IMG/VR virus record: IMGVR_UViG_3300024346_000010 | Direction: 5' to 3' (one strand) | Source: a virus | Length of the DNA stretch: 64,000 nucleotides | Part shown: in pieces, positions 9,015-18,393 of the stretch | Position numbering within the stretch: the stretch's first letter is position 1 | Layout: every line of letters begins with the position of its first letter | The notes under the pieces: generated by a model | What the model was told of the DNA's origin: nothing | What the model saw: the letters and a program-made list of their open reading frames with translations, nothing else | Database searches by the model: none | Made by a program: the position numbers and the translations under genes

Positions 9015-9503
9015 TTATGTCTTTTTCTTAGGCTTTTTATATGGCTTCAACGGTTTTGTTGACTTAGGTTTAATACCCATTTCGTGTAGCGTGTCTTCTG
9101 TCCAGATTTGAAATCCCCAACCACGATCAGCTGCATAGTTTTGTGCCGCTGCCCATTTATTCATATTCTTTACATATGTCAAGCCTTCAGTGATATAGCG
9201 CTTTGTCTTTTTACCATTGAATGCCGGAGGTTTGGTTTCTTTATCTGGTTTAATTTCTACTAATACCGTTCTTCCATTTTTATATGTTATTTTTAAATCC
9301 ATAAAATACCGATGATATTTTTTGTCTACCTCATACAGGTATGGTATAACAACTTCCTCGCTTGACCAGGATATTACTTCTGGTGCATCGTCACACCATT
9401 TAAAGCAATATTTTTCCCAAAGGGATCTATAAACGACTTGGGTAGGATCCCCAGAATATTTTTTAGGGTTTCTTACGGTATATTTTCCAGAATAGGCCAT
9501 CAT
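9015..9503 (-). CDS. gp4: head completion protein gp4 (TnsA-like nuclease)
   Basis: MAYSGKY..NPKKYSGD..VYRSLWE, WSSEE, HRYFMD, LVEIKP, KWAAA. Confidence 0.93.
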   Translation of the reverse strand: MMAYSGKYTVRNPKKYSGDPTQVVYRSLWEKYCFKWCDDAPEVISWSSEEVVIPYLYEVDKKYHRYFMDLKITYKNGRTVLVEIKPDKETKPPAFNGKKTKRYITEGLTYVKNMNKWAAAQNYAADRGWGFQIWTEDTLHEMGIKPKSTKPLKPYKKPKKKT

Positions 9504-9509
9504 TTTCCG

Positions 9510-9542
9510 CATAAATAGTAATAAGAATTCCTAATATTTATA
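9510..9542. promoter_or_regulatory. divergent T4 late promoters
   Basis: CATAAATA (+, 9510-9517) facing gp48 and TATAAATA (-, 9535-9542) facing gp4. Confidence 0.7.
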
Positions 9543-9551
9543 AGGTTTACA

Positions 9552-10481
9552 ATGAGATATCCACTAAGCGATACAGAGCAATACAAAGGCAAGATCATAT
9601 TCGCGCCTGTTCAGGAGAACTACATTGATGTGCCGAAAACTGCAACATCTACTGTATCAGAGGCGTCGAATGCTTTAAGCCAGTTTACCTCTGCCGCAAC
9701 ATCAACCGGATCCTTATCCGATACATTTGGAAGTGGAAACTCATTCACGCAAGCCCCACCTAAGAAACAAGTGAGTAGGCTAGCGCCTTCCGGGCCAGTT
9801 ACACTATATCTTCCTCAAGCAATTAACGTAGCAGATCAGGTAAGTTATGGTGAGCGAATCGACTTAGGTACGATTGGTGCTGTTGGTGCCGCAGCATTAA
9901 AATCTGGCAAAAGCTTGCTTGGAAGTGTATACGATGCTGGCTCAGAAACGGGCAAAAGCATGATGGACTTTATTACAAATCCATCAGGAATGCGAAGTGA
10001 GCTGGCATCACTGGCTGCAGTCAGACTTGCTCCAGGTGGGGTTGCTTCTGGCGCAGCAAAATCTGTATTAGGTGTAACTGTTAATCCGAATACAAAAGCG
10101 CTGTTCCGCGGCGTTGAGCTAAGAACATTTACATTTACATTTAAAATGATTGCATCTTCAGAGGCAGAGGCACAGTCAATTGAAGATATTGTTAAAGCAT
10201 TCAGAACAGAGCTATATCCCGAAACAATTAATGCAGATCCAGAATTTTTTAATGTGCCTATTGGTTATCACTTCCCGAATAAGTATAGAATTACAATGAT
10301 GTATAATGGTGAAGTTCTTCCTATTAGATTTTTGGATTCAAACCTTCTCTCAGTTCAAACAACCTATAACCCATCAAGTATGGGCTGGCACTATAATGGT
10401 AAACCTTCAGAAGTTGATTTGACCTTAGCATTCGGCGAACCAAGAACACTATCGAAACAAGATATCGCGGATGGTTACTAA
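9552..10481 (+). CDS. gp48: baseplate tail tube cap gp48
   Basis: LYLPQ, NPNTKALFRGVELRTFTFTFKM, P.EVDLTLAF.E motifs. Confidence 0.85.
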   Translation: MRYPLSDTEQYKGKIIFAPVQENYIDVPKTATSTVSEASNALSQFTSAATSTGSLSDTFGSGNSFTQAPPKKQVSRLAPSGPVTLYLPQAINVADQVSYGERIDLGTIGAVGAAALKSGKSLLGSVYDAGSETGKSMMDFITNPSGMRSELASLAAVRLAPGGVASGAAKSVLGVTVNPNTKALFRGVELRTFTFTFKMIASSEAEAQSIEDIVKAFRTELYPETINADPEFFNVPIGYHFPNKYRITMMYNGEVLPIRFLDSNLLSVQTTYNPSSMGWHYNGKPSEVDLTLAFGEPRTLSKQDIADGY

Positions 10482-11191
10482 TGTATTTCAGCAATTTTAC
10501 AAAAACACCATATAAATTTGGTGACGAGACATACAGCACTCAATTTCAGAATATTCTTACGTATGTTGATATTATTGATGATATCAAAGACAACCTAGAT
10601 TTCTATGAGATTTACACTATTCAGAATGAGAGACCGGATCAGCTTTCATATAAATTGTATAATACCGCAGAATTTTATTGGACATTCTTTTTAATGAATG
10701 ACCACATCAGACGTCAAGGCTGGCCAATGGTTGGTCAACAGATTGAAGCAAGAGCAAAAGAGGTTTTTTCTGGTACCACTATTACGACAAAAGATCCACT
10801 CCAAAATGTTTTTGCGCTTGGTGAAACTGTGATTGGTGTTACAAGTGCTGTAACAGGAATAGTATCACGAAGAAACGCAGACTTAGGTCAAGTTATCGTT
10901 AGGGGGACAAAGGCATTTAGAACGGGTGAACTTCTAGAAGATCAGAATGGTAATCGTATTTTAATTCATTCTGTTTCAGAGGAATACAACTCAGCGAAAA
11001 TGTATGTCGATGGTGACAGACTTTATGCTGATATTGATCCGTCAGTTGGGCCTGGTGCGTTAATCACTGAAATAACATACATGGACTTTTATAAAGAAGA
11101 AAATGACAAACTAAAAGAAATTCGAGTAATCAAGCCGACGGCAATTAATTCTGTTGTGTCTGCATTTAAAGAAGCGGTGCGTAACGCATAA
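10481..11191 (+). CDS. gp53: baseplate wedge protein gp53
   Basis: MYFSNF, ERPDQLSYKLY...YWTFFLMN...WP, ENDKLKEIRVIKP. Confidence 0.88.
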   Translation: MYFSNFTKTPYKFGDETYSTQFQNILTYVDIIDDIKDNLDFYEIYTIQNERPDQLSYKLYNTAEFYWTFFLMNDHIRRQGWPMVGQQIEARAKEVFSGTTITTKDPLQNVFALGETVIGVTSAVTGIVSRRNADLGQVIVRGTKAFRTGELLEDQNGNRILIHSVSEEYNSAKMYVDGDRLYADIDPSVGPGALITEITYMDFYKEENDKLKEIRVIKPTAINSVVSAFKEAVRNA

Positions 11192-12471
11192 TGTCTGAAG
11201 ATAGATTAATCATAGAAAAAGCAATTATTAGCGATCCTGAAAAATTGCTAGTATTCGAGATTGAAAATATCATTACTGATATTGAAATTTTTGAACATAT
11301 AGACAAACCGTATTTAACCGGGCTTGTTAGCTTTCTCGACACTGCAGGAATATATGATAAGATTAAGTTTAGAGGTGTTGAATCCTTCTATCTTGCATTA
11401 AGATACCCAGAAGACGAAACAGCAACAGTCAACAGGAACTTTATCATTAGTGGTATCGTCGATGCTGCAAAGAACAATGATAAAAGTGAATTAATTACAT
11501 TTCAGATGGTTGAAGAAAGCGCTTTCATATCAACATTCCTGAATGTAAATAAAGCATATGAAGGATCTGGTCGTGAGATTATCGAAAAGATTTTCCTCGA
11601 TCACTTTGATGAATATTCTCTGAGCGACGCAGATGAAACTGAGCAAGAAGCAACGCTTAAAGTTGTGGTTCCAAATATGACTCCAATGGAAGCTTGCAAT
11701 TGGATTAAAGATAGAACGACTGACTTTTTTGGTTCGCCCTTTTACTTATTTTCTACCCTTGGTAACTATAACAAAGTTCATTTTCTTTCCTTATCAAAAA
11801 TGCTTAATCAATCTGGTGGTAATACAGAATACGTTTACAGCCAAAATGCAACAGGCACTCAGAATAGAGAAGCTAAAAAATATATCATTCAAAACTATCA
11901 GACACAAGCAGCGCCGAATATTAGTAAGATCATTTCAAAAGGTCTCGTAGGCGCAGAGTATAGTTTCTGGGATACTACAAATGCTAATCCCAAACCGATG
12001 ATATATGATGTTATTAATCAGTTTGCTCTTACATCTAATCTAGAGCCCGAGTCATTTGTTTTTAATACAAACTATGCATATAAAAATCAGAAGTTAAATA
12101 GGATCAAATCCAGAAAAATATATAATATTGCATCATCATATTCATATAAAAACCATCAGTCTTTTCGAGAGCCTGGTTCTTGGAATAATAACGTGAATGC
12201 AAGAGCATTGCGTCACATTATCACAAGTAATGCTATAGATATATCTGTACCTGGAAGAAATTTTCTTGTTGCAGATTCAAATAAAACTCTAGGCAATATT
12301 ATTAGATTGAGATTTTTGAATAACGATATTGGCGATGATGGAACAGATATAAGTCAATCGACTGACCAAATGAAGTCAGGCAAGCATCTGATTTATGCAG
12401 CAAGGCATATTATCAGAAAAGAGAGATATGATGTTACATTTAGTTGCGTTAAGTTAGAGAACACAAAATGA
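11191..12471 (+). CDS. putative baseplate hub protein (gp27 analogue)
   Basis: Between gp53 and gp5; IFEHIDKPYLTG, VVVPNMTPMEA, SGKHLIYAARH motifs of hub-like proteins. Confidence 0.6.
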   Translation: MSEDRLIIEKAIISDPEKLLVFEIENIITDIEIFEHIDKPYLTGLVSFLDTAGIYDKIKFRGVESFYLALRYPEDETATVNRNFIISGIVDAAKNNDKSELITFQMVEESAFISTFLNVNKAYEGSGREIIEKIFLDHFDEYSLSDADETEQEATLKVVVPNMTPMEACNWIKDRTTDFFGSPFYLFSTLGNYNKVHFLSLSKMLNQSGGNTEYVYSQNATGTQNREAKKYIIQNYQTQAAPNISKIISKGLVGAEYSFWDTTNANPKPMIYDVINQFALTSNLEPESFVFNTNYAYKNQKLNRIKSRKIYNIASSYSYKNHQSFREPGSWNNNVNARALRHIITSNAIDISVPGRNFLVADSNKTLGNIIRLRFLNNDIGDDGTDISQSTDQMKSGKHLIYAARHIIRKERYDVTFSCVKLENTK

Positions 12472-13520
12472 GTTTAAAAACGGTAAATGACGGATATTAC
12501 GGCGATGAAACTCGTTGGTTTGTTGGGGTTGTACAAAGCACTAATGATCCACTCACACAAGGGCGAGTAAGGGTCAGAATTTTTGGTGTTCACTCTGCAA
12601 ATATAAAAGACATTCCAGATGAGGCCTTACCTTGGGCACAAGTGGTTGCACCTATAACACATGGAGGAACTTCAGGTCTTAATGGAACTCCAGTCGGCAT
12701 CAAACAATATGCTCAAGTATTTGGTATATTTCTTGATGGTAAACATTCTCAGCTTCCTCTCGTACTGGGATCTATTCCAAAGGTGGAAGGCCCCAATCCT
12801 TCAGTGTCGGGTGGACGTGGGCTTAATAATCCTGTTCCTGGTATGGTACAACCAGTGTCAAATGGTAAAGTACATTACAGCGGAACAAGGCCCGCGACTC
12901 AATATAACTTTGAGGGAGGATCAAATGTTGAAAAAGTTTATAACCTATTAGAAGAAGCTTTTAGAACAGATTTTAAATATTCAAACTCAAAGGAACTTGC
13001 TGCAGGATTTGTTGGCAACTTTATGACAGAATCTGGTCCTAAAATAAATCCTATGGCATATAATAAAAAGGGTGGCGGTACAGGTGCTCATGGTATTGCA
13101 CAATGGCGCAGGGAAAGATATGACAATCTTTTGGCTTTTGCCGCGGCTGAAAGGGCAGAACTTTTTACAGACGAGGGAGGATATAAAATGCCTGATCTTA
13201 GAATGCAGGCAGCATTTGTCGTTCACGAACTAAAAAGCGATGTAGGGGGGCTCAGATTATCTAAATGGGGGCCCGAGGCAACAACGGCGAGACACGCGGC
13301 AGATAGGGTTGAAGCTTACTATGAAGTTAGTGAATTCTCGGTTGCAATGTGGAAAGGCGATCAGAGGTGGCAAAAGGCGCCGTTTTCTGTTAGGGTAAAT
13401 AGTGGTCGCGATGATGTTGGCCACTATGGAAGAAGACTAGCATATGCAGCTGATGCTTTTAATTCATTTGCACACAAAGTATCATCTGCTCCTGTTTCGC
13501 CACCATCAAATGCACAATAA
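12468..13520 (+). CDS. gp5: gp5 N-terminal OB domain fused to phage tail lysozyme domain
   Basis: WFVGVVQSTNDPLTQGRVRVRIFGVH..LPWA..VFGIFLDG (gp5 OB fold), then AAGFVGNFMTESG..GIAQW..R (tail lysozyme family). Confidence 0.85.
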   Translation: MSLKTVNDGYYGDETRWFVGVVQSTNDPLTQGRVRVRIFGVHSANIKDIPDEALPWAQVVAPITHGGTSGLNGTPVGIKQYAQVFGIFLDGKHSQLPLVLGSIPKVEGPNPSVSGGRGLNNPVPGMVQPVSNGKVHYSGTRPATQYNFEGGSNVEKVYNLLEEAFRTDFKYSNSKELAAGFVGNFMTESGPKINPMAYNKKGGGTGAHGIAQWRRERYDNLLAFAAAERAELFTDEGGYKMPDLRMQAAFVVHELKSDVGGLRLSKWGPEATTARHAADRVEAYYEVSEFSVAMWKGDQRWQKAPFSVRVNSGRDDVGHYGRRLAYAADAFNSFAHKVSSAPVSPPSNAQ

Positions 13521-13529
13521 GGTTAAATA

Positions 13530-15548
13530 ATGTCAACATTCTTTAAAGGTCAACTAAAGAGTCAGTTAGGCGGTATCAAAGCGCAAATCAATACACCAGA
13601 TATCCTTTCTGGTTTAGATGAAGCTCAGCGTGGATTTGCGTCTCTTAATACAAGTGTTGTTGGTAGTGTTGTTGGTCAAGTCAATAATGGCGTCAAGTCG
13701 TTAAGCTCAATCACTGGGGATTTTCCTATTGCTGATGTTTCGACTAAGCTTAAGATCGAACTCAAGAACGCTACGACTGTTCCACAAAATCTGCAAAGTG
13801 CAATGGGCAATCTTCAAAACGCTCCCGCAGAGTTAACAGAAAGTTTGTCTGGAGTTGGGGATAAAGTCAAAAAAGAACTTAGCAGCTCTGAAAACGATAT
13901 CGCAAATTCATTGACAGGAACTACTGTGGCACCTACATTTAATAACATATGCGTTGCATTACCAACAGCGGCAGGAATTGCAGCTGGTATGGCAGCATTG
14001 TCTCCCGAAATTACGTCTAACGATATAAAAGGAACTATTGAATCGGCGGTGAGTGATTTTAATCCAGCACTCAAAGCAGAGTTACCGCAGATTGACGATT
14101 TCTTGTCAGGATCAATTAATCTTAAAATCGATGCTGATTTATCAAAACTTACTGATGGTATTACATCTGGTATTGGTAACGTTCTCGGTAGTATTACTGG
14201 TTTGCCTATACTTGACACACTTCACAAAATGAATAACTCAGTATCACAGATTTCAACAGGATTTAATCTGCCGGCGAATTCATTTTCTAAAAATGTAGCT
14301 GCAGACGTTCTCACAGCATTTTCTAATAATGATTTCACTGGTGCTTTTGACGCAATAAAGGATCAAGCGATAGGATTAACTTTTAGTGAAATCGAAGATA
14401 AACTTGGCGGATTTCAAAATGCTCTTGGCAGCGTTGCATCAATGTTGAATTCGTCGCCAACGGCTAACGGCGCAATCGTATCTACAAATCCAATTTCAAC
14501 AATGGGTAATACGACAGTGCCGGAAACAACAATCAACAGCCTTGAAGAGTTTACTGTTGAACTCGCAAGTAACTCACGTGCTGTTGATAAAGTTGTATTT
14601 TACTGGACGGCCGCGACGCTGAATCCTGATTATAGACTTAAGGATAGATTAGATTACAAAGAAGGTCTTGGTTATCCGCGTGACCCAGAATGGCACTATT
14701 ATATTTGGGGTGATGGAACTATCGAACGTGGTATTCCTATCGGTAAACCTGGACCAGATCCTGACATAACGTCACCCAATAGTATTGATATTATCGTTGC
14801 TGGTGGTTCATTCGACGATGGTGTAACATATACACAAGATGCCGTCACACCTCAAACAAAAGAATCAACAAAGAGACTTATCGCAACGATATATAACGTA
14901 TATCCTGGAATAAAAATGATTAATGCAGCTGAATATCCTGATTATGAGGGATGGGAAGAAGCCAATCTGCTCGCACCTGGTTTTGATCTTGATACATTCA
15001 TTGAAAACAAATTGGGTAAAAGTAACGTTAAACAACCTGTAATACAAAAACCCGCAACTAATAAAGACCTTGGTCTACCTACTGGCGGAGGCGTTAAATA
15101 TGGTAATAAAAATGCAGGAAATCCACGGCCTTTAAATATTCAACCCCAACTAATGGCAATACTCGAAGGTGCTCATAGAGCAACTGGATTTACGATGGTT
15201 ATTACAAGTGGTGGACAGTTGCCTGGACAGGGAACAGGTTCTGTTAGACATAATTATGGTTGGGCTGCAGATTTACGAGTTTTTGATGCAAACGGCAACA
15301 GAGTAAACTTTGGGGTTAATAATCCCCCACCGGACGTTTTAAACTTTGCTAGATATTTGGCAAGCCAAGGTATTACTGGAATGGGCGCTGGTCCTACATA
15401 TATGGGGGGAAATCTACACGTTGATATGGCGTGGGGAAGAAATCCGGGAACAAGCTCTTCCAGAAGATGGGCTGACGCCAAAAAAGGCGGAACAGATAGA
15501 GCAGCGCAGTGGCTAAAAGATGTAATGAGATATAGAGACAACACATGA
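13530..15548 (+). CDS. virion-associated protein with degenerate amidase-2 domain and C-terminal peptidase M15-like domain
   Basis: WHYYIWGDGTIERG..NSIDI (T7 lysozyme/PGRP-like); TSGG..SVRHNYGWAADL..LHVD (M15 Zn motifs). Confidence 0.65.
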   Translation: MSTFFKGQLKSQLGGIKAQINTPDILSGLDEAQRGFASLNTSVVGSVVGQVNNGVKSLSSITGDFPIADVSTKLKIELKNATTVPQNLQSAMGNLQNAPAELTESLSGVGDKVKKELSSSENDIANSLTGTTVAPTFNNICVALPTAAGIAAGMAALSPEITSNDIKGTIESAVSDFNPALKAELPQIDDFLSGSINLKIDADLSKLTDGITSGIGNVLGSITGLPILDTLHKMNNSVSQISTGFNLPANSFSKNVAADVLTAFSNNDFTGAFDAIKDQAIGLTFSEIEDKLGGFQNALGSVASMLNSSPTANGAIVSTNPISTMGNTTVPETTINSLEEFTVELASNSRAVDKVVFYWTAATLNPDYRLKDRLDYKEGLGYPRDPEWHYYIWGDGTIERGIPIGKPGPDPDITSPNSIDIIVAGGSFDDGVTYTQDAVTPQTKESTKRLIATIYNVYPGIKMINAAEYPDYEGWEEANLLAPGFDLDTFIENKLGKSNVKQPVIQKPATNKDLGLPTGGGVKYGNKNAGNPRPLNIQPQLMAILEGAHRATGFTMVITSGGQLPGQGTGSVRHNYGWAADLRVFDANGNRVNFGVNNPPPDVLNFARYLASQGITGMGAGPTYMGGNLHVDMAWGRNPGTSSSRRWADAKKGGTDRAAQWLKDVMRYRDNT

Positions 15549-17914
15549 GCAATAGAATTGATAATTTAGATCCCCGTAATGCCGGTTCAGGAAATTTAGC
15601 TGCTAAATATCCTAAAGAGTCCTATGAAAATGCATCATCTTTAAATCACTCTGCAAAGCAAAGTGTTTCTATAAATGAGTTAAATATTCCAGGAACTGTT
15701 GCAGGAGTAGACTTAAGCAAATATCGTGGCGGTATTCAATCTGAATATCCGCTTAACCAGGTTATTGAAACTGAGAGTGGTCACGTCATTGAATATAATG
15801 ACAGCACAACAACTCCTAGAATTCTAATTAAACATGCTGATGGTTCTGGCGTTGATATGCGTCCAGACGGTAGCATCATTGTCGTTGCACAAGGTGACGG
15901 ATTAGTAGAAGTTGTCACAGGTGGCCATAAAATGGTTATCACTGGTGATGGGCAACTTAATTACTCTGGTAATCTCACGTTGAATGTCGGCGGTGATTTT
16001 AATGTGAACGTTGGTGGTTCGTATAACGTCCAAGCAAAAGACGAAACAAAAACAATCAAAGGTCCGTCAAGAGACTTGTATTACGGAAGCAAATACACAT
16101 CAATTGTTGGTAGCAGACAAGACACATATACTGGAAGCTATACAAATACTACAATGGGAAGTATTACGCAGTTCGCAAAAGTAGATTACAAACTAGCAGT
16201 TGGTGGTAGTGCTACTGTTGCAGCAAAGGGCGCAATTGCAACTACATCTGAAGCACAGATTGTTCAATCTGCTCCCGACATTAATATCGCTGCAGAAAGC
16301 ATTTCAGTGTTTGGCTCCTCAGGTAACATCGGCGGTGAAAATGTTATTATGCATAGTTATAACTCATATGTTGGGCACAGCTTATGGGCTGGGGAAACTG
16401 TTAATACGAAAACAGTTACTGGTACACAATCAGTGAATGCTGTTACGTTGAGTGGATATTTCGTAGGAGATCTTGAGGGAACTGCCCAAACATCTGCTGG
16501 CTCATCTTCATTCACTTCGCAAGGTCATTCCGCTGATGCATCATTTGATACAACAGGTCAAACAGCAAAAGCAACAACTGCCGTTATGACTGAATATCTG
16601 ACAAAGGGCGCATACGGCATTAAGAAGGTTACAATTGATAAGGGCGATCATCTTAAAAATGCATTTGATAAATCAGCTGATACTGGATACGTTTCCAGAG
16701 AAACTTTGACAACACAAGAAGTTCGTGCGAGAAAAAGAGATACTGGCCACCACACAAATCAGAAGTTTAATAATTATCAGGTATCTACTGGTAATATGAA
16801 CCCTAAACATTCTGATACAGTTCCGGCCGAAGTTATCGAAACACGTGATCCTAAACAGCTTACAGTGACACCAAGAACAACAGTTTCAAGTTCGAGTGAC
16901 CCAAAAGCAAGAGTCATTGCATCAGTTAATACACAAACTGCTATTGTTCCAGACACACAATATGATCCAAATGGCGTTCTAAATGTTACTTCAAGCACAT
17001 TGCTTGCGGCAGGCATTTCATTAAGTCAGTTCTTATATGGCAAAGGCGATCCAGGAAAGCTTGATCCTTCTAAAACATTGAATGAAAAAATTCAGATGCT
17101 TAGAAATCTATATCCACAAGCAGAGTTTGTAAGCAGAATTCGAAAAGATAAAGAAGAGTTTAAGGGATATAACCTTGAAATCGTCGAAGGCGTCTATATG
17201 AAAAATGACGTTGAGGTTTTAACAGCAGGAAGCGTTCTTGATTTAAGAACAAAAGGACGAGCAGTTGTATACGAACTAACTGGGCTAGATGGTGTTGTTG
17301 ATACTGATAAAACATTTGAACTTGCAACTTGGATTGTAAAAAATATCAAGTTTGAAAAAATGATTCTTGACTATGATACGTATGATCCATCTGGCGATTT
17401 AAATGTTCAGATTGTTCTTATTATGCCTTCTATACCAAAAGACTGGAAAGCAACTTATGATATGACTGTTGAAACAGTATTTAATGGTAAGGTTCAAGGT
17501 AAAGAGATTATGATGCTTGCAACTGAACCTAAAAATGAGCCATCGGCAGAAGAATCAGTTGAGGAAACTGGAGAAAACGAAAGTGATGACGGTCAAGAAC
17601 CTGATGAAGAAGCAGGCAATGCATATCCGTTTATTCACCCAGAAGATCAGACCGAGCAGGGCCCAATTCACACATTTAATACTGGTGATTCTAGGGTTGA
17701 TTACAAAGGTAAATTCAAAAGGCCATTCAACCTACCAGCCAAGGAAGGCGATTATGTTATCACAAGAACCAATGACGATAACGGCGAGATCTTCATCTAT
17801 GTGTGGCAGGACACTGATAAGTTCTGGTTCCCGTTCACGATTCCTAGCTTTAAAGCTGATGGCGGCGAAGTTCCATTTGAAAACCTAAACTTTATTAAGA
17901 GATACCCATCTTAA
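15545..17914 (+). CDS. gp5 C-terminal part (beta-helix spike region) with additional C-terminal domains
   Basis: YPLNQVIETESGHVIEYND..RILIKHADGS and VGG/VxGx beta-helix repeats. Confidence 0.75.
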   Translation: MSNRIDNLDPRNAGSGNLAAKYPKESYENASSLNHSAKQSVSINELNIPGTVAGVDLSKYRGGIQSEYPLNQVIETESGHVIEYNDSTTTPRILIKHADGSGVDMRPDGSIIVVAQGDGLVEVVTGGHKMVITGDGQLNYSGNLTLNVGGDFNVNVGGSYNVQAKDETKTIKGPSRDLYYGSKYTSIVGSRQDTYTGSYTNTTMGSITQFAKVDYKLAVGGSATVAAKGAIATTSEAQIVQSAPDINIAAESISVFGSSGNIGGENVIMHSYNSYVGHSLWAGETVNTKTVTGTQSVNAVTLSGYFVGDLEGTAQTSAGSSSFTSQGHSADASFDTTGQTAKATTAVMTEYLTKGAYGIKKVTIDKGDHLKNAFDKSADTGYVSRETLTTQEVRARKRDTGHHTNQKFNNYQVSTGNMNPKHSDTVPAEVIETRDPKQLTVTPRTTVSSSSDPKARVIASVNTQTAIVPDTQYDPNGVLNVTSSTLLAAGISLSQFLYGKGDPGKLDPSKTLNEKIQMLRNLYPQAEFVSRIRKDKEEFKGYNLEIVEGVYMKNDVEVLTAGSVLDLRTKGRAVVYELTGLDGVVDTDKTFELATWIVKNIKFEKMILDYDTYDPSGDLNVQIVLIMPSIPKDWKATYDMTVETVFNGKVQGKEIMMLATEPKNEPSAEESVEETGENESDDGQEPDEEAGNAYPFIHPEDQTEQGPIHTFNTGDSRVDYKGKFKRPFNLPAKEGDYVITRTNDDNGEIFIYVWQDTDKFWFPFTIPSFKADGGEVPFENLNFIKRYPS

Positions 17915-17919
17915 AACTA

Positions 17920-17927
17920 TATAAATA
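17920..17927 (+). promoter_or_regulatory. T4 late promoter
   Basis: TATAAATA 21 nt upstream of gp25. Confidence 0.75.
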
Positions 17928-17948
17928 CTTCAAAGGTTAGGAAGTAAC

Positions 17949-18392
17949 ATGGCTAGAAAATATTTCTCAATAGAGGATGGTGATCTACAAACTAGAAGTC
18001 TCGTTACTTCTAGAAATAGACTATATTCAGATATTGATTTAACATTTGCTAAAAAAGCATCTGGTGACGTATATAAGAAAAATGATGCAGCTGCAGTAAA
18101 GCAAGCGATTAAAAACTTGTTGCTTACAGACTTGGGTGAAAAGCCATTTAATCCATACTTTGGTGGTGGCTTAAATGCACTACTTTTTGAATTAGCTGAT
18201 GATGAAAGTAATGTTCTGATCGCTGATCAAGTTGCATTTGCATTAGAAAACTTTGAACCAAGAGCTAAACTGATTTCGGTTTCGCCCAATGTTCAACCAG
18301 ACAGAAACACAGCAAGAGTCCAGATCGTATTCCGAATTATAAATACGTCCGAGGAAGTGACTTTTGAAACAACAATTACAAGGCTAAGATAA
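17949..18392 (+). CDS. gp25: baseplate wedge protein gp25
   Basis: YSDIDLTF, AVKQAIKNLLLT..GEKPFNPYFG, FEPRA. Confidence 0.93.
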   Translation: MARKYFSIEDGDLQTRSLVTSRNRLYSDIDLTFAKKASGDVYKKNDAAAVKQAIKNLLLTDLGEKPFNPYFGGGLNALLFELADDESNVLIADQVAFALENFEPRAKLISVSPNVQPDRNTARVQIVFRIINTSEEVTFETTITRLR

Positions 18393-18393
18393 T

